From NCBI RefSeq assembly GCF_044704955.1, contig NC_091980.1, positions 129,766,001 through 129,830,000 of the forward strand: a stretch of DNA of 64,000 bases, in the 5' to 3' direction. This document shows, in pieces, positions 1 to 21,325 of the stretch; the first letter of the stretch is position 1, and each line of letters starts with the position of its first letter. Below the pieces are notes generated by a model. The model made no database searches. It saw nothing but the letters and a program-made list of their open reading frames with translations, and had not been told where the DNA came from. Position numbers and translations under genes: made by a program. The stretch is from Pristiophorus japonicus. Its lineage: Eukaryota.

Positions 1-285
1 ACGCCTGGGAGACCCTGGCCGAAGACGTCCCTAGGTGGAGAAAGTGCATCCGGGAGGGTGTTGAGCTCTTCGAATCTCAAAGCTGCGAACATGAAGAGGT
101 CAGGCGCAGGCAGCGGAAGGAGCATGTGGTAAATCAGTGCCACCCACCCCCTTCCCCCGATGAATATCTGTCCCATCTGTGACAGGGTCTGTGGCTTTCA
201 TGTTGGACTGTTCAGCCACCAAAGAACTCACTTTAGGAGTGAAAGCAAGTCTTCCTTTATGCCGAGCGACTGCCTATGATGATGG
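1..285 (+). mobile_element. RTE-clade LINE 3' end
   Basis: Translates WETLAEDVPRWRKCIREGVELFES (RTE ORF C-terminus); ends ctgcctatgatgatg ((ATG)n tail). The same family recurs at 28730-30603 and 41650-42245. Confidence 0.8.
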
Positions 286-339
286 GTTCAGCTGCAGGTA
301 TTCCTCGCTCTGAGTTCAGAACTGCGCTCATGGATAACC

Positions 340-570
340 CTCATCTGTGGCTTTTTAGCTCTAGAATTGACTATTTCAATGCTCTCCTGCTAGCCTTACA
401 TGCTCCATAAACTTAAGCTTATCCAAAACTCTGCTGCCTGTATCCTAACACACATCTAGTCCCACTCACCCATAACCCCTGTGCTTGTGGACCATCATTG
501 GCTCCCGGTCTGACAGCGCCTCAAATTCAAGATTCTTATCTTTGTATTAAAATCCCACCATGGCCCCTCA
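340..570 (+). mobile_element. L2-clade LINE fragment
   Basis: ctagaattgactatttcaatgctctcctg ... atccaaaactctgctgcc ... cattggctcccgg encodes SRIDYFNALL / IQNSAA / HWLP, typical L2 ORF2 C-terminal motifs. Confidence 0.6.
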
Positions 571-574
571 CTCA

Positions 575-740
575 CCTCTTTTTCCAGCACATTGATAACA
601 TCGGTGCCTTTTCCTGCTCTCACAATAAACTGGAAAATTTAATTCACTATGTTCCCAATTTTCACCCTTCACTCACCTTCACATGGTCCATCTCTGTCAC
701 TTCACTTCCCTTTCTCGACTTCTCTGTCTCTATTTCTAGA
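575..740 (+). mobile_element. Penelope-like element RT fragment
   Basis: ORF 498..878 contains FFQHIDNIGAFSCS...NFHPSLTFTWSISVTSLPFLDFSVSI, resembling the PLE RT (RYIDD...FHP.L.FT...LPFLD) motifs. Confidence 0.65.
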
Positions 741-879
741 CATAAGTCTATCGACAAATATCCAATGAGTTGTTTGGATGTTGCTTCAAACCCGCAGATA
801 CCTGCAAATGACCAACCCACCGAACAATCCAGAACTATTAAAAAGACACTGACTCGCAAACAACAGAGGATTCAATGAA

Positions 880-1110
880 TCTTTCAAGGTGGCCATGAAT
901 TGGTCCAGGCAGAGCACAGTCGATGGGTGTTCTCTCCATCTGCCTGCCTCTCTTCCGCGACTTTTTCCGTGCCCGAGTGTCCCTGGAATGGGAGCACGCG
1001 GTGTCTGCCGGTATGCTTGAGGCTTTCCGTGACCGGTGGGCACCAGAGGGACTGGAGTGCAGCGTGGATACAGGGAAATAAAGTAACATTTTTCAAGTTT
1101 TTATGTTAGT
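880..1110 (+). mobile_element. Tx1-clade LINE 3' fragment upstream of type-A promoter
   Basis: Paralogous to 9370-9580 and 48500-48720; the 9344 ORF reads AINRVGQW...DCPSLFHGYVRARVSLEMEHAASIGTLVAFRER, resembling a Tx1 ORF2 C-terminus. Confidence 0.55.
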
Positions 1111-1299
1111 TTTGTCATAATGTGGATCTTACAGTTTATTCCCTCTTATAAAGGGGGCACTTATTGTTTAAGTGTTTCCGATAGTTGAATTAAACATTCC
1201 AATAATTAGCCCAAAGAATAGAGGATCCAATTAAACCTGTGACTCGGGATATTTGAACTGTGTTTGAGGAAAGTTTGGACAATTGAGATCCTCATTGAG

Positions 1300-1480
1300 T
1301 TGTCAGCCAATGAAGCTCATTCTTCAAAGATCTGACTGGCTGTGGGAGTCCATCCCCCTCCTCCCTTTACTTGATTGGTGCTCTGAGAGGCTGCAACTTC
1401 TGATTGGGTATTGAGGACTGCCACTCATCATCAAGAGTGCCACACCCTGGATTATCCCTCAGTGTAAATATAGGAGTTTG
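1300..1480 (+). promoter_or_regulatory. Type-A ferritin promoter of g1 (two inverted CCAAT boxes, TATA variant TGTAAATA at 1463-1470)
   Basis: tgattggtg and tgattgggta followed by cagtgtaaatatagg about 80 nt before the ATG; aligns with the g2 and g5 promoters. Confidence 0.65.
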
Positions 1481-1546
1481 AGCTTTGCTCAATGTTACCT
1501 TTGTAATTTGATAAATTTTTTACTTTGAAAAAAATAAAACATTAAG

Positions 1547-5833
<4,287 letters not shown>

Positions 5834-6369
5834 AGCTTCTGACCAGTACTCGTGTGTGGTGTGTGGGTGTCCTGGGCTCTTGATGTGAAATGTAATTAAC
5901 TAAATAAACTGTTCAACATTGGACTGGGTTTTGTCTCCTTGCAAGTTTGAGTGGTTGCTTATTTTCCATTTACCATAACTTGTTTGCAGCACAAGTATTG
6001 CACTCAGCTATGCAACAGTCATACATTGGTTACAGCCCGGGAGGCCATTCAGCCCATCAAACCTGTGCTGGCTTGCCAAGAGCACTTCAGCTAGTCCTAT
6101 TCCCCTGCACTTTCCCTGTAGCACAGCAATTTTTATTCTTTCAGCTACTTGTCCAATTCCACGATTGAATCTGCCTCCACCACCCTCTCAGGCAGTGCAG
6201 TCCAGACACTAAGCACTCACTGCATAAAAGTTTTTCCTCATGTCCGCTGTGGTTCTTCTGTCAATCACCTTAAATCTGTGTCTGCTGGTTCTCAACCCTT
6301 CTGCCAGTGGGAACAGTCCTAATAATTTTTCTCTTTTTGCTGGGTTAATTTTAATATTTATATTCATAA

Positions 6370-7455
6370 AAACATATAGGAGCAGCAGTAGGCCATTCAG
6401 CCCTTTAAGCCTGCACCGCCATTCAATATGATCAAAACTGATCCTTTAACATCACCATGTTCATGCTTTTACCCCATAGCCCTTGATGCCTTTTGTATCA
6501 AGATATCTATCTTTCTTCCTCCTTTTTAAATAGTGAGGTTACATTTGCCACCATCCAATCCGCAGCAACTGTTTCATAATCTATAGAATTTTGAAAGATG
6601 ACAACCAATGCATTCACTATTTCGATGGTTACCACTTTTAGTACTCTGGGATGCAGATTATCAGGGCCCTGGTGATTTATCAGCTTTCAGTCCCATTAAT
6701 TTTTCCAGCACTATTTTCTTACTCATATTCATTCCCTTTAAGTTCTCTTGCTCACTAGACCTTTAGTTCCCTAGCATTTCTGGGATGTTATTTGTGTCCT
6801 CTTCTGTGAAGACAGCTGAAGTATTTAATTGTCTGCCATTTCCTTGTTCCCCATTATAAATTCTCCTGTTTCTGACTGTAAAGGACCTACATTTATCTTC
6901 AATATCTTTTTCTTTTTATGTACTTGTAGAAACTTTTGCTGTCGGTTTTTATGATCTTTGCAAGTTTAATCTCATACTCATTTTTCCCTCTTAATCAATC
7001 TCTTGATCCTTTTTTGATGAATTCTAAACTGCTCCCAATCCTCAGGCTTGCTACTTTTTCTGGCAATTTTGTATAACTCCTCTTTGGATCGAATATTACC
7101 CTTAATTTATTTTGTAAGCTGTGGTTTGGCCAATTTTCCTTTTGTGTTTATGTACCAGAAAGGAATGTATAAATGTCGCAATTCATGCATTCGTTCCTTA
7201 AATGTTAGCCATTTACTATCTATCGTCATGACTTTTAATTAATATTCTCAATCTATCATAGACAATTAATTCCTTACACCTTCGTAGTTTCCTTTGTTTA
7301 GACTTATGACCCGAGTTTTGGATTGGACTACTTCACTTTCCATCTTCTTGATGAATTCATGAAGAAATTCTATCATGTTATGGTCACTTTCCTAAAGGAC
7401 CCTGCATAAAAAGACAATTAATTAACCCCTTTTCATTGCACAAAACCCAATCTAC
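6370..7455 (-). mobile_element. CR1 LINE fragments
   Basis: Reverse-strand LKADKSPGP..LHPRVLK and RGPLGKSDHNMIEF-type segments; paralogous to 46040-47090. Confidence 0.75.
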
Positions 7456-8310
7456 GACAGATATCCAGACATGTTGAAGACCTCATTTCAATTCTACGTA
7501 TATCTTGCAAATTCTATTCATGCATTTCATTCTTGTGTTGCAATGCTGTAATACAACAGCTGAAATGGTCAAGTGTCTTAAAGGAGGCAGAGAGGTTTAC
7601 ATCATGTGATTAGTCCATTTGGCCACTCAAGCCTGCACCTCCATTCAGTAATATCATGACTAATCTGATCTTGGCCTCAACAATTTCCTGCCTGTTCCCC
7701 ATAACCTTTGACTCCCTTATCGTTCAAAAATCCATCTATCTCCACCTTAAATGTATTCAATGACGCAGCCTCCACAGCTCTCTGGGGTTGAGAATTCCAA
7801 AGATTCACCACCGACTGAGTGAAGAAATTTCTCCTCATCTCAATCCTAAATGGCCGACTGCTTATTCTGAAACTGTGAGCACGTATTCTAGACTCCCCAG
7901 CCAGGGGAAACATCCTCCCTACATCTATCCTGTCAAGCCCCGTCAGAATGTACTGCAGAATTACCGTAGTACATGTAAAATCAGACAGAATGCACAAGTG
8001 CAAAAGGTGTCTTCTCAGATATTTAAAACATAAAAAAAACCACATACACATTCAAAACTTGCATGGATCTAATAATAGGGGCGAGGCAGTCCTACAAATA
8101 CAAAGGTATCGAGATGGGCTGCTGGGTGGGAAATGGCATTAAATTTGGGAAGATGCAAGAGAATGAGAGAAGGGAAGTTAATTCGACAGTGGGAACACAA
8201 ACTAAATGGCTCTGGGCCACAAGCCACCAACACAGGAGTTGAGTCTGGGAATCGCGGAGGTAGAGACCGTGGAGAATTTAGAGATGATTGAGCTAGATAT
8301 TGACAGACAA

Positions 8311-8970
8311 GGGGTAGTACTGAGGGAGTGCTGCACTGTTGGAGGGGAAGTACTGAGGGAGCATTGCACTGTCAGAGGGACAGTACTGAAGGAGCGCTGC
8401 ACTTTCGGAGGGGCAGTACTGAGGGAGTGTTGCACTGTCAGTGGTGCAGTACTGAGGAGTGCTGCACTGTTGGAACGGCAGTACTAAGGAACTACTGCAC
8501 TATTGGAGGGGCAGTACTGAGGGAGCGCTGCACTGTCAAAGGCGCAATACTGAGGGAGTGCTGCACTGTCGGAGGGGCAGTACTGCGGGAGCGCTGCACT
8601 GTCAGAAGGGCAGTACTGAGGAAGACCAGCACTGTCGGAGGTGCTGCCTTTCGGATGAGGCGCTAGACCGCTGCTCACTGAGGTGGACATAAAAGATCTC
8701 AGGATGGTATTTCGAAGAAGCGCAGGGGGAGTTCTCTCTGTTATCCTTGACAATATTTATCCCTCAACCTAAACAGATTATCTGGTCATTATCACACTGC
8801 TGTTTGCGGGAGCTTGCTGTGCGCAAATTGTCTGCCGCACGCATTGTTGTAATTTCCTACATTACAACATTGACTATACTTCCAAAAATACTTCATTTGT
8901 TGTAAAGACCTTTGGGACATCTTGAGACCATGAAAGGCGCTATATAAATGTAATTATTTCTTCTTTCTAA
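8311..8970 (+). mobile_element. Deu-domain (SacSINE-like) SINE with a tandemly amplified 33-bp core
   Basis: About 10 copies of ggcagtactgagggagtgctgcactgtcggagg (8311-8641) running into ggtgctgcctttcggatgagg... and an L2-like tail aggcgctatataaatg. Confidence 0.7.
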
Positions 8971-9369
8971 TAGGATAAGCGTTCCCAAGGCTGCCACAAT
9001 GAAGTCTAGATGCAAGGAGATATTCGGATGCAAGTCTTTCTTTCTTTTTGGACAGCAGTCCATTTCATTGTTTGTAAAATGTCATGGTAACATAACAAGA
9101 ACTCAAAATCCCACGGTCCTCGCCACATTCTAGCTCCTGTGTGTACAGGTGCTCACTAAACTTGGAAGTGATGGAGTATCTGAGCACTTGCGCTTGTCAC
9201 ATTCCTCACACGCACTGTCCAGTCACCTGACCCGCTGTCGGTTGCTTTGCAGACTCACTGGTCTGCCTTTGGATGTTGCATCCGCAGATACCTGAAAATG
9301 TTCAACCCACTGAACCGCGCAGAACTATTAAAAAGACACTGACTTGCAAACAACGGAGGATTCAATTAA

Positions 9370-9580
9370 CCTGGGCAAGTGGGCCATCAACAGGGTCGGG
9401 CAGTGGCTGTTCGAGGTGTTCATTCGGTCCGACTGCCCATCTCTCTTCCACGGCTACGTTCGCGCCCGGGTGTCCCTGGAGATGGAGCATGCGGCGTCCA
9501 TCGGCACGCTCGTAGCCTTCCGTGAGAGAAGAGACTGGAGTGCATCATCACCTTGGGTATAGAATTTTAATTTAATTTCT
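9370..9580 (+). mobile_element. Tx1-clade LINE 3' fragment
   Basis: ORF 9344..9562 ...DCPSLFHGYVRARVSLEMEHAASIGTLVAFRER. Confidence 0.6.
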
Positions 9581-9689
9581 TAAGTTTCCTCTAACATATT
9601 TTTTAGCAGTCTTTATTGGTTATGCTCCTTTAAAAAGAGGGTACATGCTTGACTTTATATTGACAATTGCCGGCAAAAAGCAGAGTCAT

Positions 9690-9928
9690 TCAATGATGTT
9701 CATTCTTCAAAGTTCATGACTGGCGCTGGGAGTCATGGCCCCTCCTCCCTTTACTTGATTGGTGCTCTGACAGAGGCTGCAACTTGTGATTGGGTATTGA
9801 GGAATGTCACTCACAGCTAGGCTGTCCCCCCCTGGATTATCCAGCAGTGTAAAGACAGGAGTTTGAAATTAGCTAACTCTCAGCTTCTTGCTTCAATAAG
9901 GCTTAGAATTTTGGAAAAGCAAATTAGG
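9690..9928 (+). promoter_or_regulatory. Type-A promoter/5'UTR of g2 with degenerate TATA (TGTAAAGA 9848-9855) and IRE relic (9885-9916)
   Basis: Two ATTGG boxes; TTCTTGCTTCAA-TAAGGC-TTAGAA matches the 5' arm of vertebrate ferritin IREs but lacks the CAGTGN loop. Confidence 0.65.
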
Positions 9929-13421
<3,493 letters not shown>

Positions 13422-14355
13422 ACTGACTGCCAGGAACAAGCTTATTGTGTTTTATATAATTGTGCGCGAGATTCAATCAAGTAGAGAATGACGACTAGTG
13501 ACTTTGTATAGGTTGAGACCTGTGCTCTTGGTGTGAAATGTAATTAACTGTAAATAAACTGCCCAATATTGGACTGCGTTTTGTCTCCTTGTAAATTCGA
13601 GTGGTTGCTTATCTTCAGATTAACATGAATTGGTTTACATCAGACTAGAATTACACTGGGCTGTGTAACAGCTTTATTTTCGATTTTCCTTTAGATGTAA
13701 GTTTAATTTACTGAGCTGGATATTCAGTGTTGCATGTCGAAGATCTAATTTCAATTTGGTTTATAACTTGGGAGCAAATTGTCTTCTTGCCTTTCAGTGA
13801 TTGTGTTGCAGCAGAGGTGAAGATAAATGCTGTAACACAACAATTTGCCGATTTTATATAGCTCCTTTAACATAGTACATTTCACTAAGACATTTTGCAG
13901 GAGTGTCACTAAATACGTTTTGAGTGAGACACATGAGACAGGAAGGTATTAAGGAGTGTCTTAGACGAGGGAGGAGGGAAGAGAATTTTCGGGGTGTGAA
14001 CTTTGAGCTTGGGCCAAAGTAACTGCTTCTACTGGTAAATATTCTTTCTGCTCTCTGCATCAATGGCAACTCTCTTTAATCCCTCAATACAACAAACTCT
14101 CAGCTGCTGTAACTGTATTAAAATGCAAGGAGAGTTTGCCAATGAATTAGAGTGACATTGTTTCATTCCCAGAAACAATCCAATTTCAAGAATGGTATCT
14201 GCTTGGGAAGAACAGTCTAGGTATTTATTGTAAGCTTCTACCAGTCCCACTGAGTAGTACCTGTGGGATACACTGCAGGTCGCTCACGGAACCAAGCTCC
14301 ATGCTGCTGCTGCAGAATTTCTGTGCTACTTTACCCACAAAATTGACCAGAACGA

Positions 14356-14583
14356 GCTTGACCCATCCACCTCCACGGAGGTGTGTGGGGGACCTGACCC
14401 ATCCACCTCCATGGCACGAACCTGGTATTGCAGTACTTCCAGGAACGGTGCAGTGGCTCTAGGCCTTTTGGCTAAGAGCATTGGCACAGAGTGATCCTTG
14501 GCGTGTGCAAGGTGACCTCTGGCGTTTGTGATTTGACAAAGAATTGGAACGATTGGCTACGAATTTCAAAAAAAAAAAAAAAA
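14356..14583 (+). mobile_element. U2 snRNA-derived retroposon (SINE-like) with poly(A) tail and 17-bp TSD
   Basis: U2 3' part (gagcttg.ccatccacctcc...CCTGGTATTGCAGTACTTCCAGGAACGGTGCA, stem-loop IV at 14421-14443), then the U2 5' end (ctctaGGCCTTTTGGCTAAGAgca, 14462-14477), an ~85-nt unique tail and A16 at 14568-14583. TSD AAAATTGACCAGAACGA at 14339-14355 and 14580-14596. Confidence 0.85.
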
Positions 14584-15789
14584 TTGACCAGAACGACTGG
14601 CAACCAGCAATGTCTGAGCTCATTGTGAGAGCTCCCTGAACCCAGGGTACTAAAGGTAACTATGATTGTGAAATACACCTGAAATAATATATTTACTTAC
14701 TGGCCTCTTGGGGCAAAAAGTGTGGATTCCTTTTAGGGGAGAGGACTGAATTTGGTTCTTAACATTTTCTCTGTTTTGTCTCTCTCTGGATTGAATAACC
14801 TGTCTACTTCGACTCCTACATGTATAAAAAGTTGTACAAGGCATTAAAGGGAGAAGTAATCATGAATTGCACTCGAATAACATGTAATTCTTCGGGAAAG
14901 AGTAAATGTATTTCATTAAATGCAAAAAGCAGTTAACTTAAACACCAAGCAAAAACAATAGATATTTCTCCTGCCTCACCACACCCTTCCACAAATTAAT
15001 AAACCCAATACAGCTCCTCCATAATCTTATCCATTTGTGCATTTCATACCAAATAGCAATCAGCCTCTCCAAATCCTGCTGGATCCCCATGTGTCTCTTT
15101 CACTGCAGGAATGGATTCAAATGTTCACACTACAACTGTTTATCCAATGTTTATAAATTAATTATTTGAGAACTGCACTGCGTGCAATAAAATTGCCATC
15201 TTCAGTCATTCCTTGTTAATGTCTTTACATCTCTCCAAGTTTCCAGTCACCTTATTTGCTATTGTATGAAAATTCATCAAGGGCCAAGGAAGCATCTCAC
15301 CACCTTGGGCTTTCTGTGCCTATCACCATCCCGATTCCCCACAGGGAGTGACACTGAATTCGAAGAGATCCTGTGGAAAGGATCAAAGGTTCCCTCAGAC
15401 CCAGTAACCATAGGCCTGAATCAAAGTCTCGAGTGCCCACCGGGGTGGCCATTGAGTGTGACTATGTGATGTCCATCAGTTTGCTCAAAGCCCTTTGTGA
15501 CTGCATCATGGATCCTTCGACCAATACAGGTGTAAATACCCAGATACATGTTTGGTTCAGGTGGGTCAACATTCTCTCTCTATCCACTCTATCAAACTTT
15601 TCGTAATTATAAGGACCTGTGGTGTGATTGGTGGCTCCGGATCTGATTCATTGCCACTCCCTCTGCCCCATCTAAAGCAGAGTTTTAATCCAAGCGAATG
15701 CCTCTCATCAGCTAATCCAGGACTGAACCACTTCTGCACTGAAACCAGACATCATGGCTTTGGATCTCAGAGAAACACCAACATGAAAG

Positions 15790-16550
15790 GCAAAGGACCA
15801 GAGAGGAGAGATGAGAATTGTTTTTACACAGCGAGTTGTTGTGATCTGGAACACACTGCCTGAAAGGGCCATGGAAGCAGATTCAACAGTAACTATGAAA
15901 AGGGAATTGGATATATAAGAGGAAAGAAAAATATTGTAGGGCGATGGGGAAGGAACTGAGGAGTGGGACTAATTGGATCACTCTTTCAAAGAGCCTGCAC
16001 AGGCATGATGGGCTGAATGGCCTCCTTCTGTGCTGTATGAATCTATGACGAGGCACAGTTACAGAACAACTGAAGAGGGTGCAAAAAAGATTTACAAGGA
16101 TAATACCAGAAATGTGAGGATATACCTATCGTGAATGGATAAACAGGCTGAGTCTCTTTACTCTTGAAAAGAGAACGCTGAGGGGGGGGGGGTGACCTAA
16201 TAGAGGTCCTTATAATTATGAAAGGTTTGATAGAGTGGATACAGAGAGAATATTTCCACTTGTGGGAAAGAGCAAAACTAGAGGCCATCAATATATGATA
16301 GACACCAAGAAATCCAATAGGGAATTCAGGACAACCGTCTTTACGCAGAGAGTGGTGAGAACGTTGAACTCGCTACCACAGGTAGTGGTTTAAGTGAACA
16401 GTATGGAAGCATTTAAGGGGAGGATAGACAAGCATAAGATGGAGAAGGGAATAGAGGGTTATGCTGATAGATGTAGAGGAAAGGCGGGAGGCTCGACTGG
16501 AACATAAACACCGGCATGGACTGATTGGGCCAAATGGCATATTTTCCAAA
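15790..16550 (+). mobile_element. CR1 3' fragments in the spacer before type-B promoters
   Basis: CR1 3'UTR motifs (gggctgaatggcctccttctgtgctgta); the same block recurs at 21760-22530 and 63060-63770. Confidence 0.7.
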
Positions 16551-16907
16551 GCTCTGATTGGCTCTGGGCTTCAGCCCCACCCCGCCCCCCCCCCAAAAAA
16601 AAAGCAAGAATATGGTGTTGAGATAGAGGATCAGCCATGATCAAATTGAATGATGGTGCAGACTCTAGGGGCCGAATGACCTACGACTGCTCCTATTTTT
16701 CTATGTTTTCTTTGTTAATTGGTAACTGGATTCAAGGAAGATTCCTGATTGGCTCTCAGGGATTGTCAATCATCATTGGTGATGTCATTCCTTCTTTGAA
16801 TTCAGGCTGTCCCAGTCGTATAAATACAGGAGCTTGTGTGAGAAAGGGTCAGTGTTAGAATGTGGCAGGTGATTGTGAGAAATAATAGTATAATATAGAT
16901 AGTGAAG
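16550..16907 (+). promoter_or_regulatory. Type-B promoter of g3 (multiple ATTGG boxes, TGATGTCA, TATAAATA 16819-16826)
   Basis: Aligns with 22530-22757 and 63775-63994; interrupted by a CR1 3' fragment (~16595-16710) that g4 and g6 lack. Confidence 0.7.
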
Positions 16908-19437
<2,530 letters not shown>

Positions 19438-20418
19438 ATCTTGTGTTCTGTACTTGTGTTTTATATAAATGTGAGACTCTGTCCTGTAGAGAATGATGGC
19501 TTGTGAATTTGTACAGGCTGTGAGACCTGGGCTATTGATGTGAAATGTAATTAACTGCAAATATACTTTCCAATATTGGACTGGGTTTTGTCTCCTTGTA
19601 AATTTGAGTGGTTACTTCTCTTCAGATTAACATTTGGTTTACTTCAGACAAGAATTACACTGGGCTGTGTAACTGCTTTATTTTCCTCTTTCCTTCAGGA
19701 GTAAGTCTAATTTATTGAGCTGGATATTCATGGTTGAAGATCTAATTTCAATTCTGTTTATACCTTGGGAGCAAATTGTCTTCATGCATTTCTATATTGT
19801 GTTGCAACCATAGGTGAAGAGAAATGCTGTAACACAACTTGCTGATTATATAGCTCCTTTAACATAGTAAATGTTCCAAAGCATTTTGCAGGAGTGTCAG
19901 TATATTTGAATGAGACAGGAAAGATGAACAAACTCTTGGTCAAACAGGGAGGCTTTAAGGGTGTGTCTTAAAGGAGGCGGGAGGGAAGAGAATTTTCGGG
20001 GTGTGAACACTGAGCTTGGGCCACAGTAACTGCTTCTACTGGTAAATATCTTTCTGCTCTTTGCATCAATGGCAGCTCTCTTTAGTCCCTCAACATAACA
20101 AACTCTCAGCTGCTGTAACGTTGGCAAACTCTCCTTGCATTTTAACAATGAATTAGAGTGACACCATTTAATTCCAGGAACAATCCAATTTCAAGAATGG
20201 TATCTGCCCTGGGAAGAACAGTCTAGGTATTTTAAAGTAAGCTTCTACCAATCCCACTGAGTTGTCCCTGTGGGATACACTGCAGGTCACTCACACAACC
20301 AAACTCCATGCTGCTGCTGTAGACTTTCTGGTCAATTTTGTGGATAAAGTAGCATGGAATGATTGTGGAGACCAGCAATGTCTGAGCTCATTGTGGGAGC
20401 TCCCTCAACCCATGGTAT

Positions 20419-21325
20419 TGTAAGTGGTTTTGCTCTGTTATTTCAAATCACCCTTCCCCATTCCCCCACCCCCTTAATCACTTCTAGACCCCAGGATTAT
20501 AGTAGTGAACAGCATACACCATTATAGACAGATCTTTCAGTCTCAACCATCACAATGCTTTTATTCGAGTTAAAGCACACACTTGCTTCCAGTATAAAAC
20601 GCCCTGGTGGTGTGAAACAAACACAGTACAAAACACAACACTGCCCCATCTGAACAGGCCCCCTATTGCAAAGTATCCACTACTAACACACTCCTGATTG
20701 AGTGGTGCAATATTGATCTAATCTGTCCAACAGACTGTGCTTATGCCTAAACTCCTAAGGCTTGAATGGGACACGACACCCCTTCACACTATGCGGTGGT
20801 CTAAAGGATATGTGGGCTGGGATAATGCTCACCAGTTACCCCTCTGGCTTACTCGCTGCTTCTCCCGCTGCGTCGTATCTTCTGGTTCGGTACCAACCTG
20901 TGGTTTGCAAGTCCGAGTCTCAAGGTCAGGTTCCCAGTCAAAATAGTGAAGCTCTTTTTTTCGTAGATGGTTTATTCTCTCCGTCCCAGACAGAGTACTC
21001 GGTCCCTGAATGCGTTGAACGAAGCAAGCAAGTGTAGAAGAGGAAAGAGAGATGGCAGCAAACTGTCTTCTCTTATACCTAAAAAATGTTACTGAATCCT
21101 TGAGCCAAAAAACTGTCCTTTGCCTGTGAAGGCCCAACTAAAGAGCATGAATCACATCTCTGGCCTGTGTCTTTGTTACCGGGCTCTTCCTGGGGACAAA
21201 GGCTTCAGCGAGTCTGGGTGCCAATAACTTCCTTTGTTCCGAAGTTCCGGGTCTATCTCATTTCAGGATGATGGTTTGAGCACTGACCAGTTTACCTGAT
21301 CTCTCACTGATGGGTTCCCATTACA
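20419..21325. mobile_element. Truncated solo LTR shared with 55402-56519
   Basis: Starts TGTAAG; collinear with 55402-56300; right end removed by a deletion; absent from the homologous spacer after g2 (empty site near 14645). Confidence 0.6.

Noticed and set aside
8202-8753. Overlapping repetitive ORFs, or a CRISPR-like array
   Set aside because: Contiguous 33-bp tandem units without unique spacers, derived from a SINE in eukaryotic DNA.
14356-14480. Functional U2 snRNA gene
   Set aside because: Parts are out of order, the branch-point pairing region and Sm site are missing, and poly(A) plus TSD mark it as a retroposed copy.
16850-16855. CAGTGT in the g3 5'UTR (and at 1460-1465 and 9845-9850) as an IRE loop
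   Set aside because: The flanks do not pair into a stem; the other two instances overlap the TATA position upstream of the likely TSS.
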